Origin: Clostridia bacterium
GTDB taxonomy: Bacteria > Bacillota > Clostridia > Oscillospirales > CAG-272
Assembly: GCA_017628875.1 (NCBI GenBank)
Contig: JAGBYG010000121.1
Coordinates: 1 to 44,799 of the forward strand
Reading direction: 5' to 3'
DNA length: 44,799 nucleotides
Of this stretch, positions 7,654-14,483 are shown piece by piece (the first letter of the stretch is position 1; each line of letters opens with the position of its first letter). The position numbers were made by a program, and so were the translations under genes. Below the pieces are notes generated by a model. That model saw only the letters and a program-made list of their open reading frames with translations, did no database searches and was not told the DNA's origin.

Positions 7654-7852
7654 TGTTCTTTCTCCTGATAATCTTTCCTCTTGTGCCGTCTTCATACTCG
7701 CAAAACGGCAACTGCTTTCTTCTCTCTGCTTCTTTTCTGAAAAAGCCGCAGGTCTCGCAATCTTCTCGATATTCGTTGTGATTGTCGCAGCCCTGCATGA
7801 TGCATTCTCTAATCAGATCAACGCTTACCAACGAAACCACCCCGCCTTGCAT
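7643..7852 (-). CDS. Small Cys-rich hypothetical protein (start uncertain)
   Basis: ORF-track ORF 7643..7894 overlaps the upstream gene; first ATG at 7852; no family recognised. Confidence 0.35.
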   Translation of the reverse strand: MQGGVVSLVSVDLIRECIMQGCDNHNEYREDCETCGFFRKEAERRKQLPFCEYEDGTRGKIIRRKNNGN

Positions 7853-8010
7853 CCTCCGAGCCAAAAAGCAAGAAGTCCGATAGCTACACGGCAAAGGCCA
7901 AGTCCAAAGCTCACGTCAAAATGTTCCATACCGCCCACAGTACCGAGAGCGAAAATAAAACCTAACGCCGCTATCGTTCCTGCGATATTTCTCTTTGTCT
8001 TTGCTTTCAT
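7825..8010 (-). CDS. Small membrane protein (61 aa, two predicted TM segments)
   Basis: ATGA overlap with the upstream gene stop; hydrophobic IAGTIAALGFIFALGTV and VAIGLLAFWLGG. Confidence 0.5.
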   Translation of the reverse strand: MKAKTKRNIAGTIAALGFIFALGTVGGMEHFDVSFGLGLCRVAIGLLAFWLGGCKAGWFRW

Positions 8011-8288
8011 AGTCTTCCTGCCTTTCTCAGAGTCCTTCTGATTGTCTTTAATCTGACTAAAATACGAATCGCTCTGCTGTGTTCTTGGCGATAGTATCTT
8101 TCGAGCTCGTCAATGTCTTCGCTTATGTAGTAGCCTTGCCCGAAGCTAAGTATCATCACGCCTTCGTTTCTTGCCAGTTCAATGAGCTTTCTTACTTTTC
8201 TGTCGGGAAGCCCTGTCCACTGGCAGAGCATCTCTCGGCTCACTGCGCTTTCCTTGTTCGTGGGAATGTAGCTTGTAATCGTTCTCAT
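8007..8288 (-). CDS. Winged-helix-like DNA-binding protein
   Basis: 93 aa; SREMLCQWTGLPDRKVRKLIELARNEGVMI is HTH-like; basic C-terminus. Confidence 0.55.
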   Translation of the reverse strand: MRTITSYIPTNKESAVSREMLCQWTGLPDRKVRKLIELARNEGVMILSFGQGYYISEDIDELERYYRQEHSRAIRILVRLKTIRRTLRKAGRL

Positions 8289-8309
8289 AAGCCGTCCTCT
8301 TTCTTTCGG

Positions 8310-8528
8310 TCACTCTGTGACCCTTTCTTCGAGCCATTTAATAGCGTCTCTTTCGAAAATCAAAAACTCAGTATTTTCGTTTCCACCACCTAACGCCCAT
8401 GCAAACGGAAACACTCGACTAATAATCGCTTGCCTTGTTTTGTAATAAGAGCAAGGAATACCGTAGCTTCTTAATAGCTTTTGAAACTCCTCAACTGTAA
8501 GCGTTCCAACTATTTTTCTTTCGGGCAT
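8310..8528 (-). CDS. Excisionase-family/MerR-like HTH protein (candidate Xis)
   Basis: 72 aa; GGAGG RBS; LTVEEFQKLLRSYGIP...FERDAIKWLEE pattern; second gene of the lytic early operon. Confidence 0.45.
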   Translation of the reverse strand: MPERKIVGTLTVEEFQKLLRSYGIPCSYYKTRQAIISRVFPFAWALGGGNENTEFLIFERDAIKWLEERVTE

Positions 8529-8530
8529 CG

Positions 8531-8725
8531 CTAGTCCTCCTTAAGGAGTTCGTCCACCGTTACATCGAAGTGCTTTGCAACAGATACGATTTTGTCTACC
8601 GTAATAGGTTTGCCTTCTCTCCAATTGGTAACGGTTGACACATGAACGCCGATATCTTTTGCTAATTTGTACGAAGAGATGTGTTCTTTTTCCATCAAAT
8701 CGCACAATTTTTTGGCAAAACTCAC
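8531..8725 (-). CDS. Cro-like XRE-family HTH regulator (GTG start at 8725 preferred; the ORF-track TTG at 8788 lacks an RBS)
   Basis: FAKKLCDLMEKEHISSYKLAKDIGVHVSTVTNWREGKPITVDKIVSVAKHFDVTVDELL is a canonical HTH_XRE; GGAGG lies 11 nt upstream of the GTG; divergent from the CI-like gene. Confidence 0.8.
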   Translation of the reverse strand: MSFAKKLCDLMEKEHISSYKLAKDIGVHVSTVTNWREGKPITVDKIVSVAKHFDVTVDELLKED

Positions 8726-8903
8726 TTTTTTATCAACCTCCTCTTTACAATAGCGGTCTATTGTGCTAGAGTAGTTATACCTCGCCAAAGGTTGTGAAAC
8801 TATCTAGCCCGTTAGACCCCTCGTGCATTATAGTAGCACATAACTGTCTAATACGCAAGACTGTTTTACATAAAATATCTAACAAATTAGACAGGTGATT
8901 TTT
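8726..8903. promoter_or_regulatory. Divergent genetic-switch region with candidate operator half-sites
   Basis: TTAGACAG at 8887-8894, its inverse CTGTCTAA at 8844-8851, TTAGAC at 8812-8817; minus-strand TATAAT at 8827-8832; inverted TGTGCTA (8762) / TAGCACA (8833). Confidence 0.4.
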
Positions 8904-9233
8904 ATGAATATTGCACAAAGTCTGCTCGTCTTGTTGGGTGAAACGCATACCAGCAGGTCAAAGTTAGCTAGAGAAATTGGTGTACATACAACAACTGTTA
9001 CCAACTGGCTTGATGGGCGAAAAATCGACAGCAAAAATCTTCTAGCTGTCGCAAACTATTTTGGGGTATCTGTTGACTACTTAACTGGAAACGAAACAAA
9101 AAAAGAGCCCGTTCCCATTTCTGAGAACGAACTCGATTTACGCCTTATTGAATTACTTACTTCTCTTACGCCGGACGAGATGCGTCAAGTTGACGCTTTT
9201 GTTCAAGGACTTTTAGCAGCTCGTAAAGCTTAA
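8904..9233 (+). CDS. CI-like XRE-family repressor
   Basis: ATG at 8904 preceded by GGTG (the ORF-track start at 8895 is GTG); SRSKLAREIGVHTTTVTNWLDGRKIDSKNLLAVANYFGVSVDYL HTH plus a C-terminal helical extension; same direction as int. Confidence 0.8.
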   Translation: MNIAQSLLVLLGETHTSRSKLAREIGVHTTTVTNWLDGRKIDSKNLLAVANYFGVSVDYLTGNETKKEPVPISENELDLRLIELLTSLTPDEMRQVDAFVQGLLAARKA

Positions 9234-9306
9234 GTTTTTCTTCATAACTAAGTCGTGCAATATATTCCGCGGCTTGGTCTCTCGTCATCGGCTTTTTTCC
9301 TTTCAT
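9166..9306 (-). CDS. 46-aa ORF antisense to the 3' end of the CI-like gene (speculative)
   Basis: ATG at 9306 preceded by AGGAGGCAAATATA; MKGKKPMTRDQAAEYIARLSYEEKLKLYELLKSLEQKRQLDASRPA; overlaps 9166-9233 of the CI-like CDS on the other strand. Confidence 0.25.
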   Translation of the reverse strand: MKGKKPMTRDQAAEYIARLSYEEKLKLYELLKVLEQKRQLDASRPA

Positions 9307-9394
9307 TATATTTGCCTCCGTTCTCCGCACGGTAGGCAGCGACCCCTTGTGGGGTAATAGTATCTTTCTAATTGTCCAATAAAAAGGACTTATA

Positions 9395-9448
9395 GGAAGT
9401 TTCGGAAGTTTTGAGAGTAAATATACGAAGTTTTGAAGTGAAACTTCA
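9395..9448 (+). promoter_or_regulatory. Repeat cluster upstream of the lipoprotein gene
   Basis: GGAAGTTT at 9395 and 9404, CGAAGTTTT at 9426, and palindrome TGAAGT-GAA-ACTTCA at 9434-9448, just upstream of the GGAGGG RBS. Confidence 0.35.
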
Positions 9449-9464
9449 CATTGGAGGGTGAAAT

Positions 9465-10133
9465 ATGAAGAGGATCATCTCTTTAATTTTAGCTCTGTGT
9501 ATATGCTTTTCCTTCGCGGGATGTTATACATACACGGAATACGAGGACAACTACAAAAGCGGCTATAACGACGGTTACGCCGATGGTTCTACTAAAGTAG
9601 AAGAACTAGAGTCTGAGCTTGAGGAAGTTCGCGAGTGGAAATACGAGGAAGGCTATGACGCAGGATATTACGACGGCGTTGAGCGAGGCAAGCACCTTAT
9701 TGAGACGGATGAATATCATGAAGGATACCAAGACGGTTACGATGATGGTTGCGCCGATACTACTGAAGAACTAAAAGTAACGGTTGATAACGAAGCGTAC
9801 ATTCAAGGTAAAGCTGAAGGTTACGAGAGCGGAAAAGCTGAAGGTTATAACAACGGATATAACGCGGGATATTCTGCAGGGAAAAATGCCGGTTATAGCA
9901 ATGGTTATGACGCTGGTCGTAAAGCTGCGGCTCAAGCCTCTGCCAGCAAAACTACCACAAACAAAACAAGCACCGCTACTCAGCAAACTTCTGTTACCGT
10001 ATATGTCACAAACACGGGCTCGAAATACCATCGCTCAGGATGTCAATATTTGCACTCGAGTAAGATTGCTATATCTTTAAGCAAAGCTAAAGGAAGCTAC
10101 TCTGCCTGCTCTGTTTGTAACCCACCTAGATAA
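9465..10133 (+). CDS. Lipoprotein with GYxxGY repeats and a C-terminal Cys/His motif (candidate lysogenic-conversion or superinfection-exclusion protein)
   Basis: Signal peptide plus lipobox MKRIISLILALCICFSFAGC; repeated (S/E)GY(N/D/Q)(D/A)GY motifs; C-terminal TGSKYHRSGCQYL...ACSVCNPP. Confidence 0.8.
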   Translation: MKRIISLILALCICFSFAGCYTYTEYEDNYKSGYNDGYADGSTKVEELESELEEVREWKYEEGYDAGYYDGVERGKHLIETDEYHEGYQDGYDDGCADTTEELKVTVDNEAYIQGKAEGYESGKAEGYNNGYNAGYSAGKNAGYSNGYDAGRKAAAQASASKTTTNKTSTATQQTSVTVYVTNTGSKYHRSGCQYLHSSKIAISLSKAKGSYSACSVCNPPR

Positions 10134-10267
10134 ACTAACTTAATTCCCGGTAAACCGAGCCCGCGCCGCCAAGCTGAACCCGGTTTACCTTTGCAGGGAG
10201 CTGACAAAAGGTCAAAACTTAACCCAATGTCAGCGTACAATACTTTAAGGATTTAAACAATAGGAAC

Positions 10268-10292
10268 ATATATTGCCGTAGACGCAATATAT
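10268..10292. promoter_or_regulatory. Perfect 9-bp-arm palindrome upstream of the 10348 gene
   Basis: ATATATTGC-cgtagac-GCAATATAT. Confidence 0.4.
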
Positions 10293-10347
10293 TACATCCA
10301 AAATTAAATCTATTTTAAAGGGAATAATATATTTACGGAGGCTGACA

Positions 10348-10917
10348 TTGAAAAGTAAAATTAAGCAGCTCGTTTCTGAGACTAAAGACTCAAAACCTTA
10401 CAACCAGTGCATCACTTGCGGCCACTTTGGCAAGACTTGTGGCGGCGCAAACTTTCTCTCTATGCACATTAAGCGCATGGGCGAATGGGCGCGTATCAGA
10501 AAAGATTATCTCGGTTGGACAAACGAATACATAGCCAAAGAGACAGGTGTGTCTGAGACTACTGTAGCTCGTTTCCTTGCCGGTCATTTAGATGAAATAA
10601 AGGTAACAACAGCGCAAGCTATTCTTGGTTTTCTTTCCAATGATTTCTGCGGATCTATGCCTTGCTACGATTTCAATAGCGTAGAGACATCTTCACCTGT
10701 TTCGGATCTGAAGATTCAGCATTATGAAAAACAAATAGCGAGCCTCGAAAAACAGATTGTGGATTTAATCTGCGAAAATCAAAAGAAGATAGATTTTCTC
10801 AAAACAGAGCTTGAAAAGCGCACGCTCTCCTTAATGAAGAGAGACGAGATTATAGAGAAGAAAGATGCAATCATCGAAAAAAAGGATGATATTATCGAAA
10901 GGCTTTTGACCAAATAG
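10348..10917 (+). CDS. HTH plus coiled-coil protein of the lysogeny module (TTG start)
   Basis: TTG preceded by GGAGGCTGACA; N-terminal CITCGHFGKTCGG; HTH EYIAKETGVSETTVARFLAG; C-terminal coiled coil with KRDEIIEKKDAIIEKKDDIIERL repeats. Confidence 0.65.
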   Translation: MKSKIKQLVSETKDSKPYNQCITCGHFGKTCGGANFLSMHIKRMGEWARIRKDYLGWTNEYIAKETGVSETTVARFLAGHLDEIKVTTAQAILGFLSNDFCGSMPCYDFNSVETSSPVSDLKIQHYEKQIASLEKQIVDLICENQKKIDFLKTELEKRTLSLMKRDEIIEKKDAIIEKKDDIIERLLTK

Positions 10918-10926
10918 GGTGTAAAT

Positions 10927-12012
10927 ATGATTTGCAAGAACATCAAATGCAAAAAAGAAATATCTGACGATTTCGAGTATTGCCCTTACTGTGGACGGAA
11001 GCAAACTGTAGCCGAGCGCAAAAAGAGCAAACGCCCAAACGGTGCGGGCTCTGTATATAAAAACTCCGGGCATCGCTCCAAGCCTTGGGTAGCTGTGCGC
11101 AATAAACAATTGTTGGGTAGCTATGCCACAAAAGCTGAAGCATTTGAGGCGCTTGAGCGCTCCGCTGGGGCTTCAATCACAGAGAAGTACAACTACACTT
11201 TCAGCGAAATATATGAGCTTTGGAGCGAAGAAAAATATCGCACGCTTACAAAAAAAGGCATAGAGGGCTACCGCTCTGCATACAGAAACAGCGCCGCGCT
11301 CTACGATAAAAAGTTTCGCAATATCAAAACGCCCGATTTTCAAAGTGTCATTGATAGGTTCGCAGAACAGGGTAAGTCAAAATCTGTCGCTTCAAAGCTG
11401 AAGCAGTTGTTTAGCCAAATGTCTCAATGGGCTATGCGCGAAGATATAACTACAAAAAACTACGCAACCTTTGTTACGCTTGAAGGTGAAGAAACAAAAG
11501 ATAAAAACATCTTTACCGACACCGACATTGCTAAACTCAAAGCGGACAACAGCGAAACGGCACAAATTGTATTATTGCTCATTTACACGGGCGCAAGAAT
11601 TACCGAGTTGTTTACTGCCGAAAAAACAAATTGTTTTGATGAGTATTTCATCGGCGGCATAAAGACGGAGGCGGGCAAAAACCGCATTATTTATGTGCCC
11701 GAAGTCGCACGCGAGTATTATAAATATTTTGTTCAATCGAGTAAGGAAACCTTACTCGATGGATATAGCGGCAACAAAAATGTCAACAACTTCCGTGGAC
11801 GAGATTTTGATGAGCTAATGGAAAAGCTGAGTATCGAGGGCAAAACCCCGCACTCAGCACGCCACACATTTACATCGCAAGCAGTTAAAAACAAAGTTCA
11901 GCCCGAAGTATTACAACAGTTATTGGGTCACGCTAAATACTCAACTACCGTTGATAATTATAGCCACATCAATAAAGATAGCATACTCGCGGAAGCTCAA
12001 AAAATTTGGTAA
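10927..12012 (+). CDS. int: Tyrosine integrase with N-terminal Zn ribbon
   Basis: 361 aa; CKNIKCKKEISDDFEYCPYCG; catalytic-region motifs TGARITEL, HSARHTFTS, LLGHAKYSTTVDNYSH; adjacent to the tRNA-derived att core. Confidence 0.95.
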   Translation: MICKNIKCKKEISDDFEYCPYCGRKQTVAERKKSKRPNGAGSVYKNSGHRSKPWVAVRNKQLLGSYATKAEAFEALERSAGASITEKYNYTFSEIYELWSEEKYRTLTKKGIEGYRSAYRNSAALYDKKFRNIKTPDFQSVIDRFAEQGKSKSVASKLKQLFSQMSQWAMREDITTKNYATFVTLEGEETKDKNIFTDTDIAKLKADNSETAQIVLLLIYTGARITELFTAEKTNCFDEYFIGGIKTEAGKNRIIYVPEVAREYYKYFVQSSKETLLDGYSGNKNVNNFRGRDFDELMEKLSIEGKTPHSARHTFTSQAVKNKVQPEVLQQLLGHAKYSTTVDNYSHINKDSILAEAQKIW

Positions 12013-12023
12013 CAACTAACGCG

Positions 12024-12031
12024 TTACTAAC
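12024..12031 (+). repeat. Candidate integrase arm-type site (TTACTAAC), left arm
   Basis: Exact 8-mer repeated at 12256-12263 and 12267-12274 on the other side of the core; ATAACTTTTT is also present on both sides (12046-12055, 12216-12225). Confidence 0.4.
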
Positions 12032-12129
12032 ACGATTTTATTTTAATAACTTTTTGTGGCTATAAGTTGCTGTATTCCTTCATAATCGCTTTATATTTCA
12101 ATTATATTCGCTACTTGAAAAACTGAATT

Positions 12130-12179
12130 CTTCCTTGGTAAGGATGAGGTCACCAGTTCAAATCTGGTCAGCAGCTCCA
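12130..12179 (+). other. attP core: 3' portion of a tRNA-Thr(GGU)-like sequence (anticodon arm to CCA), not a complete tRNA
   Basis: CTTCC-TTGGTAA-GGATG (anticodon arm, GGT anticodon, one stem mismatch), AGGTC variable loop, ACCAG-TTCAAAT-CTGGT T-arm, CAGCAGC-T-CCA acceptor 3' strand. The upstream 20 nt cannot form a D-arm or a matching acceptor 5' strand. Confidence 0.7.
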
Positions 12180-12255
12180 AAAATGCCCGATTTCTTAGGA
12201 AATTGGGTATTTTTTATAACTTTTTCACATTACAATTTATTGCACTCCAACTCAA

Positions 12256-12274
12256 TTACTAACATATTACTAAC
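12256..12274 (+). repeat. Candidate integrase arm-type sites (2 x TTACTAAC), right arm
   Basis: TTACTAAC at 12256-12263 and 12267-12274. Confidence 0.4.
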
Positions 12275-12283
12275 AGATTTTAC

Positions 12284-12311
12284 TTGACTTTCGCATATAT
12301 GATGATATAAT
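12284..12311 (+). promoter_or_regulatory. Near-consensus sigma-A-type promoter
   Basis: TTGACT (12284-12289), 16-nt spacer, TGaTATAAT extended -10 (TATAAT at 12306-12311). Confidence 0.5.
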
Positions 12312-12317
12312 AAATAT

Positions 12318-12486
12318 ATCTAAAGCGTTTCGCACCCGCTTAGGATAATGTGTTAGAATTAGTTTCGGAAAGATTTTTTTCAGGCTCAAAACTGATATTC
12401 TTTTCAATGCCGTTCTCGATGCTGCAATCATCGGGAGCGCAAACACACAAAACAAAGACCCTCCCCGAAATGGGGAGGGTCTTTTG
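12318..12486 (+). ncRNA. Candidate ~170-nt non-coding RNA between the promoter and the bidirectional terminator
   Basis: No RBS-preceded ORF in the interval; 5' hairpin CTAAAGCG-N9-CGCTTAGG; ends at the strong hairpin 12454-12484 followed by TTTTGTT. Confidence 0.3.
12454..12484. terminator. Bidirectional Rho-independent terminator
   Basis: AAAGACCCTCCCC-gaaat-GGGGAGGGTCTTT with T-runs on both strands; directly follows the stop of the 12487 gene. Confidence 0.8.
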
Positions 12487-13257
12487 TTATGCCTGAACTA
12501 TGTACTTATAGTACCTTGCGAGCTTATCTTCAGGACCGTCTTTGTCCTCTAAGAATGCTTTAGCCATTTCGAGCCAATAGTCAGGATGAATGATATTTAA
12601 TTTTTTCGCCACCTTGCCGTAATCGGAATACAGCATATTTATAGTAGCATAAAATTCGGCGGGATCGCAATCGATACCCTTCTGAGCCATAAGCTGTTTT
12701 ACCTGCTCATAACTCCAGTGTGCGCCCATAGTTCCGTCCTCGTTCTGCATGCCTCTCACCCACTGCGTTGCAGTTTCTTTTGTAATAGGCATAACAGAGC
12801 TTCCACCGGCCTTGCCCTTTTCCATCGTGCCGCCGCGCCATCCCATTTCTTCAGGATAATCGTGAGGCATTTCGTGGGATCTTTCCATCTCACCACCTAC
12901 AGCAAAGCCTATTTTGTTCATCGGACTTGCAAGTGGGTCAGTGAAAGGAGGGCGGTGTTTCCTCTCTCTTTCGAGGGGGTCTCTTCCGCCGTCGTACTCG
13001 CCGTACATCGGCTCATATTCGCCACGATAAGTATTCTCCATTCTATACTGCTTTGCAGTTCTCGGTGCATACTTGCCGCTGTCGTAATGCGGTTTGCCTC
13101 GTCTGTCAGTAAATCGATCCTCGGGCTCGTATCGATACTGTTTCATGTCATAACGGTTGTCATAGCCGTTACGCATTTCTCTATCGTTCATTTCATAACG
13201 GTCTCCGCGGTCCTCTTTGCCTTTAGCAAGCATAACCATTCTTGCAACATTGTTCAC
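12487..13257 (-). CDS. Cargo protein E: R/Y/E/D/M/G-rich low-complexity N-half plus conserved helical C-terminal domain (function unknown)
   Basis: GTG at 13257 preceded by AAGGGGGG (the ORF-track TTG at 13302 overlaps the upstream gene). RYEMNDREMRNGYDNRYDMKQYRYEPEDR...; C-terminal HWSYEQVKQLMAQKGIDCDPAEFYATINMLYSDYGKVAKK..KLARYYKYIV. Confidence 0.65.
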   Translation of the reverse strand: MNNVARMVMLAKGKEDRGDRYEMNDREMRNGYDNRYDMKQYRYEPEDRFTDRRGKPHYDSGKYAPRTAKQYRMENTYRGEYEPMYGEYDGGRDPLERERKHRPPFTDPLASPMNKIGFAVGGEMERSHEMPHDYPEEMGWRGGTMEKGKAGGSSVMPITKETATQWVRGMQNEDGTMGAHWSYEQVKQLMAQKGIDCDPAEFYATINMLYSDYGKVAKKLNIIHPDYWLEMAKAFLEDKDGPEDKLARYYKYIVQA

Positions 13258-13270
13258 GCCGACACCCCCC

Positions 13271-13660
13271 TTATGCGCCTGCTGCGGGAGTAGTTCCGTC
13301 AATAGCGTCTAACGCATTGTTAGGAGCACAGCACGGAGTTCCAAGCAGCTTGAACGAGCCTCCGATTGCGGAAGTGGAAACCACAGTGGAATATCTTGTG
13401 CGAGTTCTAAGGGCGCACGCTGTCACCTGAGCGCAGCACTTATTAGTCAAAGGATATTCTTCAGTACCGTCACCCACAGTGATTACAACAGGCGCGGTAA
13501 TAGTAGTTGCTGCCGGTATTGCCTGAGCTATAACAATGCAGTATTTTTCGCCATTGGCATAGCTGCCAGCGGGAAGGTTTACGGTTAATGTACCGTCTGC
13601 AAAAGTCACAGCTTGGCTTAAAACTAATCTGTCACATAATCTGCAAATATATTTAGCCAT
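13271..13660 (-). CDS. Cargo protein D: 129-aa Cys-containing beta-rich protein (function unknown)
   Basis: ATG with AAAGGAGG RBS; Cys pairs at the N-terminus (CRLC), middle (NKCCAQVTAC) and C-terminus (TPCCAP); T/V/I/A-rich strands. Confidence 0.65.
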   Translation of the reverse strand: MAKYICRLCDRLVLSQAVTFADGTLTVNLPAGSYANGEKYCIVIAQAIPAATTITAPVVITVGDGTEEYPLTNKCCAQVTACALRTRTRYSTVVSTSAIGGSFKLLGTPCCAPNNALDAIDGTTPAAGA

Positions 13661-13681
13661 AAAAAAGCCTCCTTTAAATCA

Positions 13682-13701
13682 GGGGCAGCCAAAGCTGCCC
13701 C
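13682..13701 (-). promoter_or_regulatory. Intercistronic GC hairpin (attenuator or mRNA-processing element)
   Basis: GGGGCAGC-caaa-GCTGCCCC between cargo genes C and D; no strong T-run. Confidence 0.35.
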
Positions 13702-13723
13702 GAAGTTTCACCCTTTAGGGGAT

Positions 13724-14422
13724 TTATGCGCCACAGCCGCAGCCACAGCCATTGTTATAGGGAACTGCTACAGGAGTAGGAGGAGATACCCAATAAGCGG
13801 GAGTGGGGCAATCGTTGCCGGTGCGTCTGATAATTTCGGCAGTGCTTGCATCAATAGCCGCACGAATTACAGCATTCTGCTGGCTCTGAGAAAGCTGATT
13901 GCTAAGTTCTGCAATGCGAGCATCCTTGGTTGCGAGCTTCTCGTTTACAAGGAAGTCCATCAGACCCCTATAGTTGGCGTTCTGATTGTCAATAATGTCG
14001 CGGGTCTGCATATTGATTACATTGCCAATATCGCAGAAGCCTTTTGCCATATTGAAGTTAACGCCGTCTACTGCTCTCTGTGTAGTGCAGCAGCAATCTG
14101 CGAGCTGGCTCTGCAAACCATAGAAGCCGCTGGTAATGGCATTATTGAGCGCATAAGTGGAGTCACAAATACCCTGCTGTACGCCTCTTACTGCGCTATC
14201 AATGTTCTGAGTTGCAAAGCCGTCATACAGTTCGGCACGGGTAAGAGCCTGTCCGCCGCCACCGCCGCCGCCAAAAAGACCGCCGCCGTAGCCACCGTAA
14301 CCAAGCACCATAGCCGCAAGGATAATACCCCAAATGCCGCCAAAGCCGTCACCGAAACCACCGTTATTGTTTTTGCCGTCCTGTCCCATAAGATAACCTA
14401 AAGTTAAAGAGTCTTCGCCCAT
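13724..14422 (-). CDS. Cargo protein C: Gly-rich membrane segment, Cys-rich core, CGCGCG C-terminus (function unknown)
   Basis: 232 aa; GGFGDGFGGIWGIILAAMVLGYGGYGGGLFGGGGGGG; ADCCCTTQ; coiled-coil-like Q/N-rich segment; ends NNGCGCGCGA. Confidence 0.65.
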   Translation of the reverse strand: MGEDSLTLGYLMGQDGKNNNGGFGDGFGGIWGIILAAMVLGYGGYGGGLFGGGGGGGQALTRAELYDGFATQNIDSAVRGVQQGICDSTYALNNAITSGFYGLQSQLADCCCTTQRAVDGVNFNMAKGFCDIGNVINMQTRDIIDNQNANYRGLMDFLVNEKLATKDARIAELSNQLSQSQQNAVIRAAIDASTAEIIRRTGNDCPTPAYWVSPPTPVAVPYNNGCGCGCGA

Positions 14423-14483
14423 TGTTTAACCTTCTTTCGTTTTAAATTTTTTATATCGTCAGGCCGTACGCTCCTGATAATAT

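Noticed and set aside
12110-12179. Possible complete 70-nt tRNA gene
   Set aside because: Only the anticodon arm, variable loop, T-arm and 3' acceptor strand are present. The 20 nt upstream (gctacttgaaaaactgaatt) are too short, lack a D-arm and pair at only 5 of 7 acceptor positions. I interpret it as the att core instead.
12270-12455. 61-aa minus-strand ORF in the att-proximal AT-rich region
   Set aside because: It has a TTG start with no SD and begins immediately downstream of a strong terminator. The translation is low-complexity and basic. The region is better explained by arm sites, the plus-strand promoter and the candidate sRNA.
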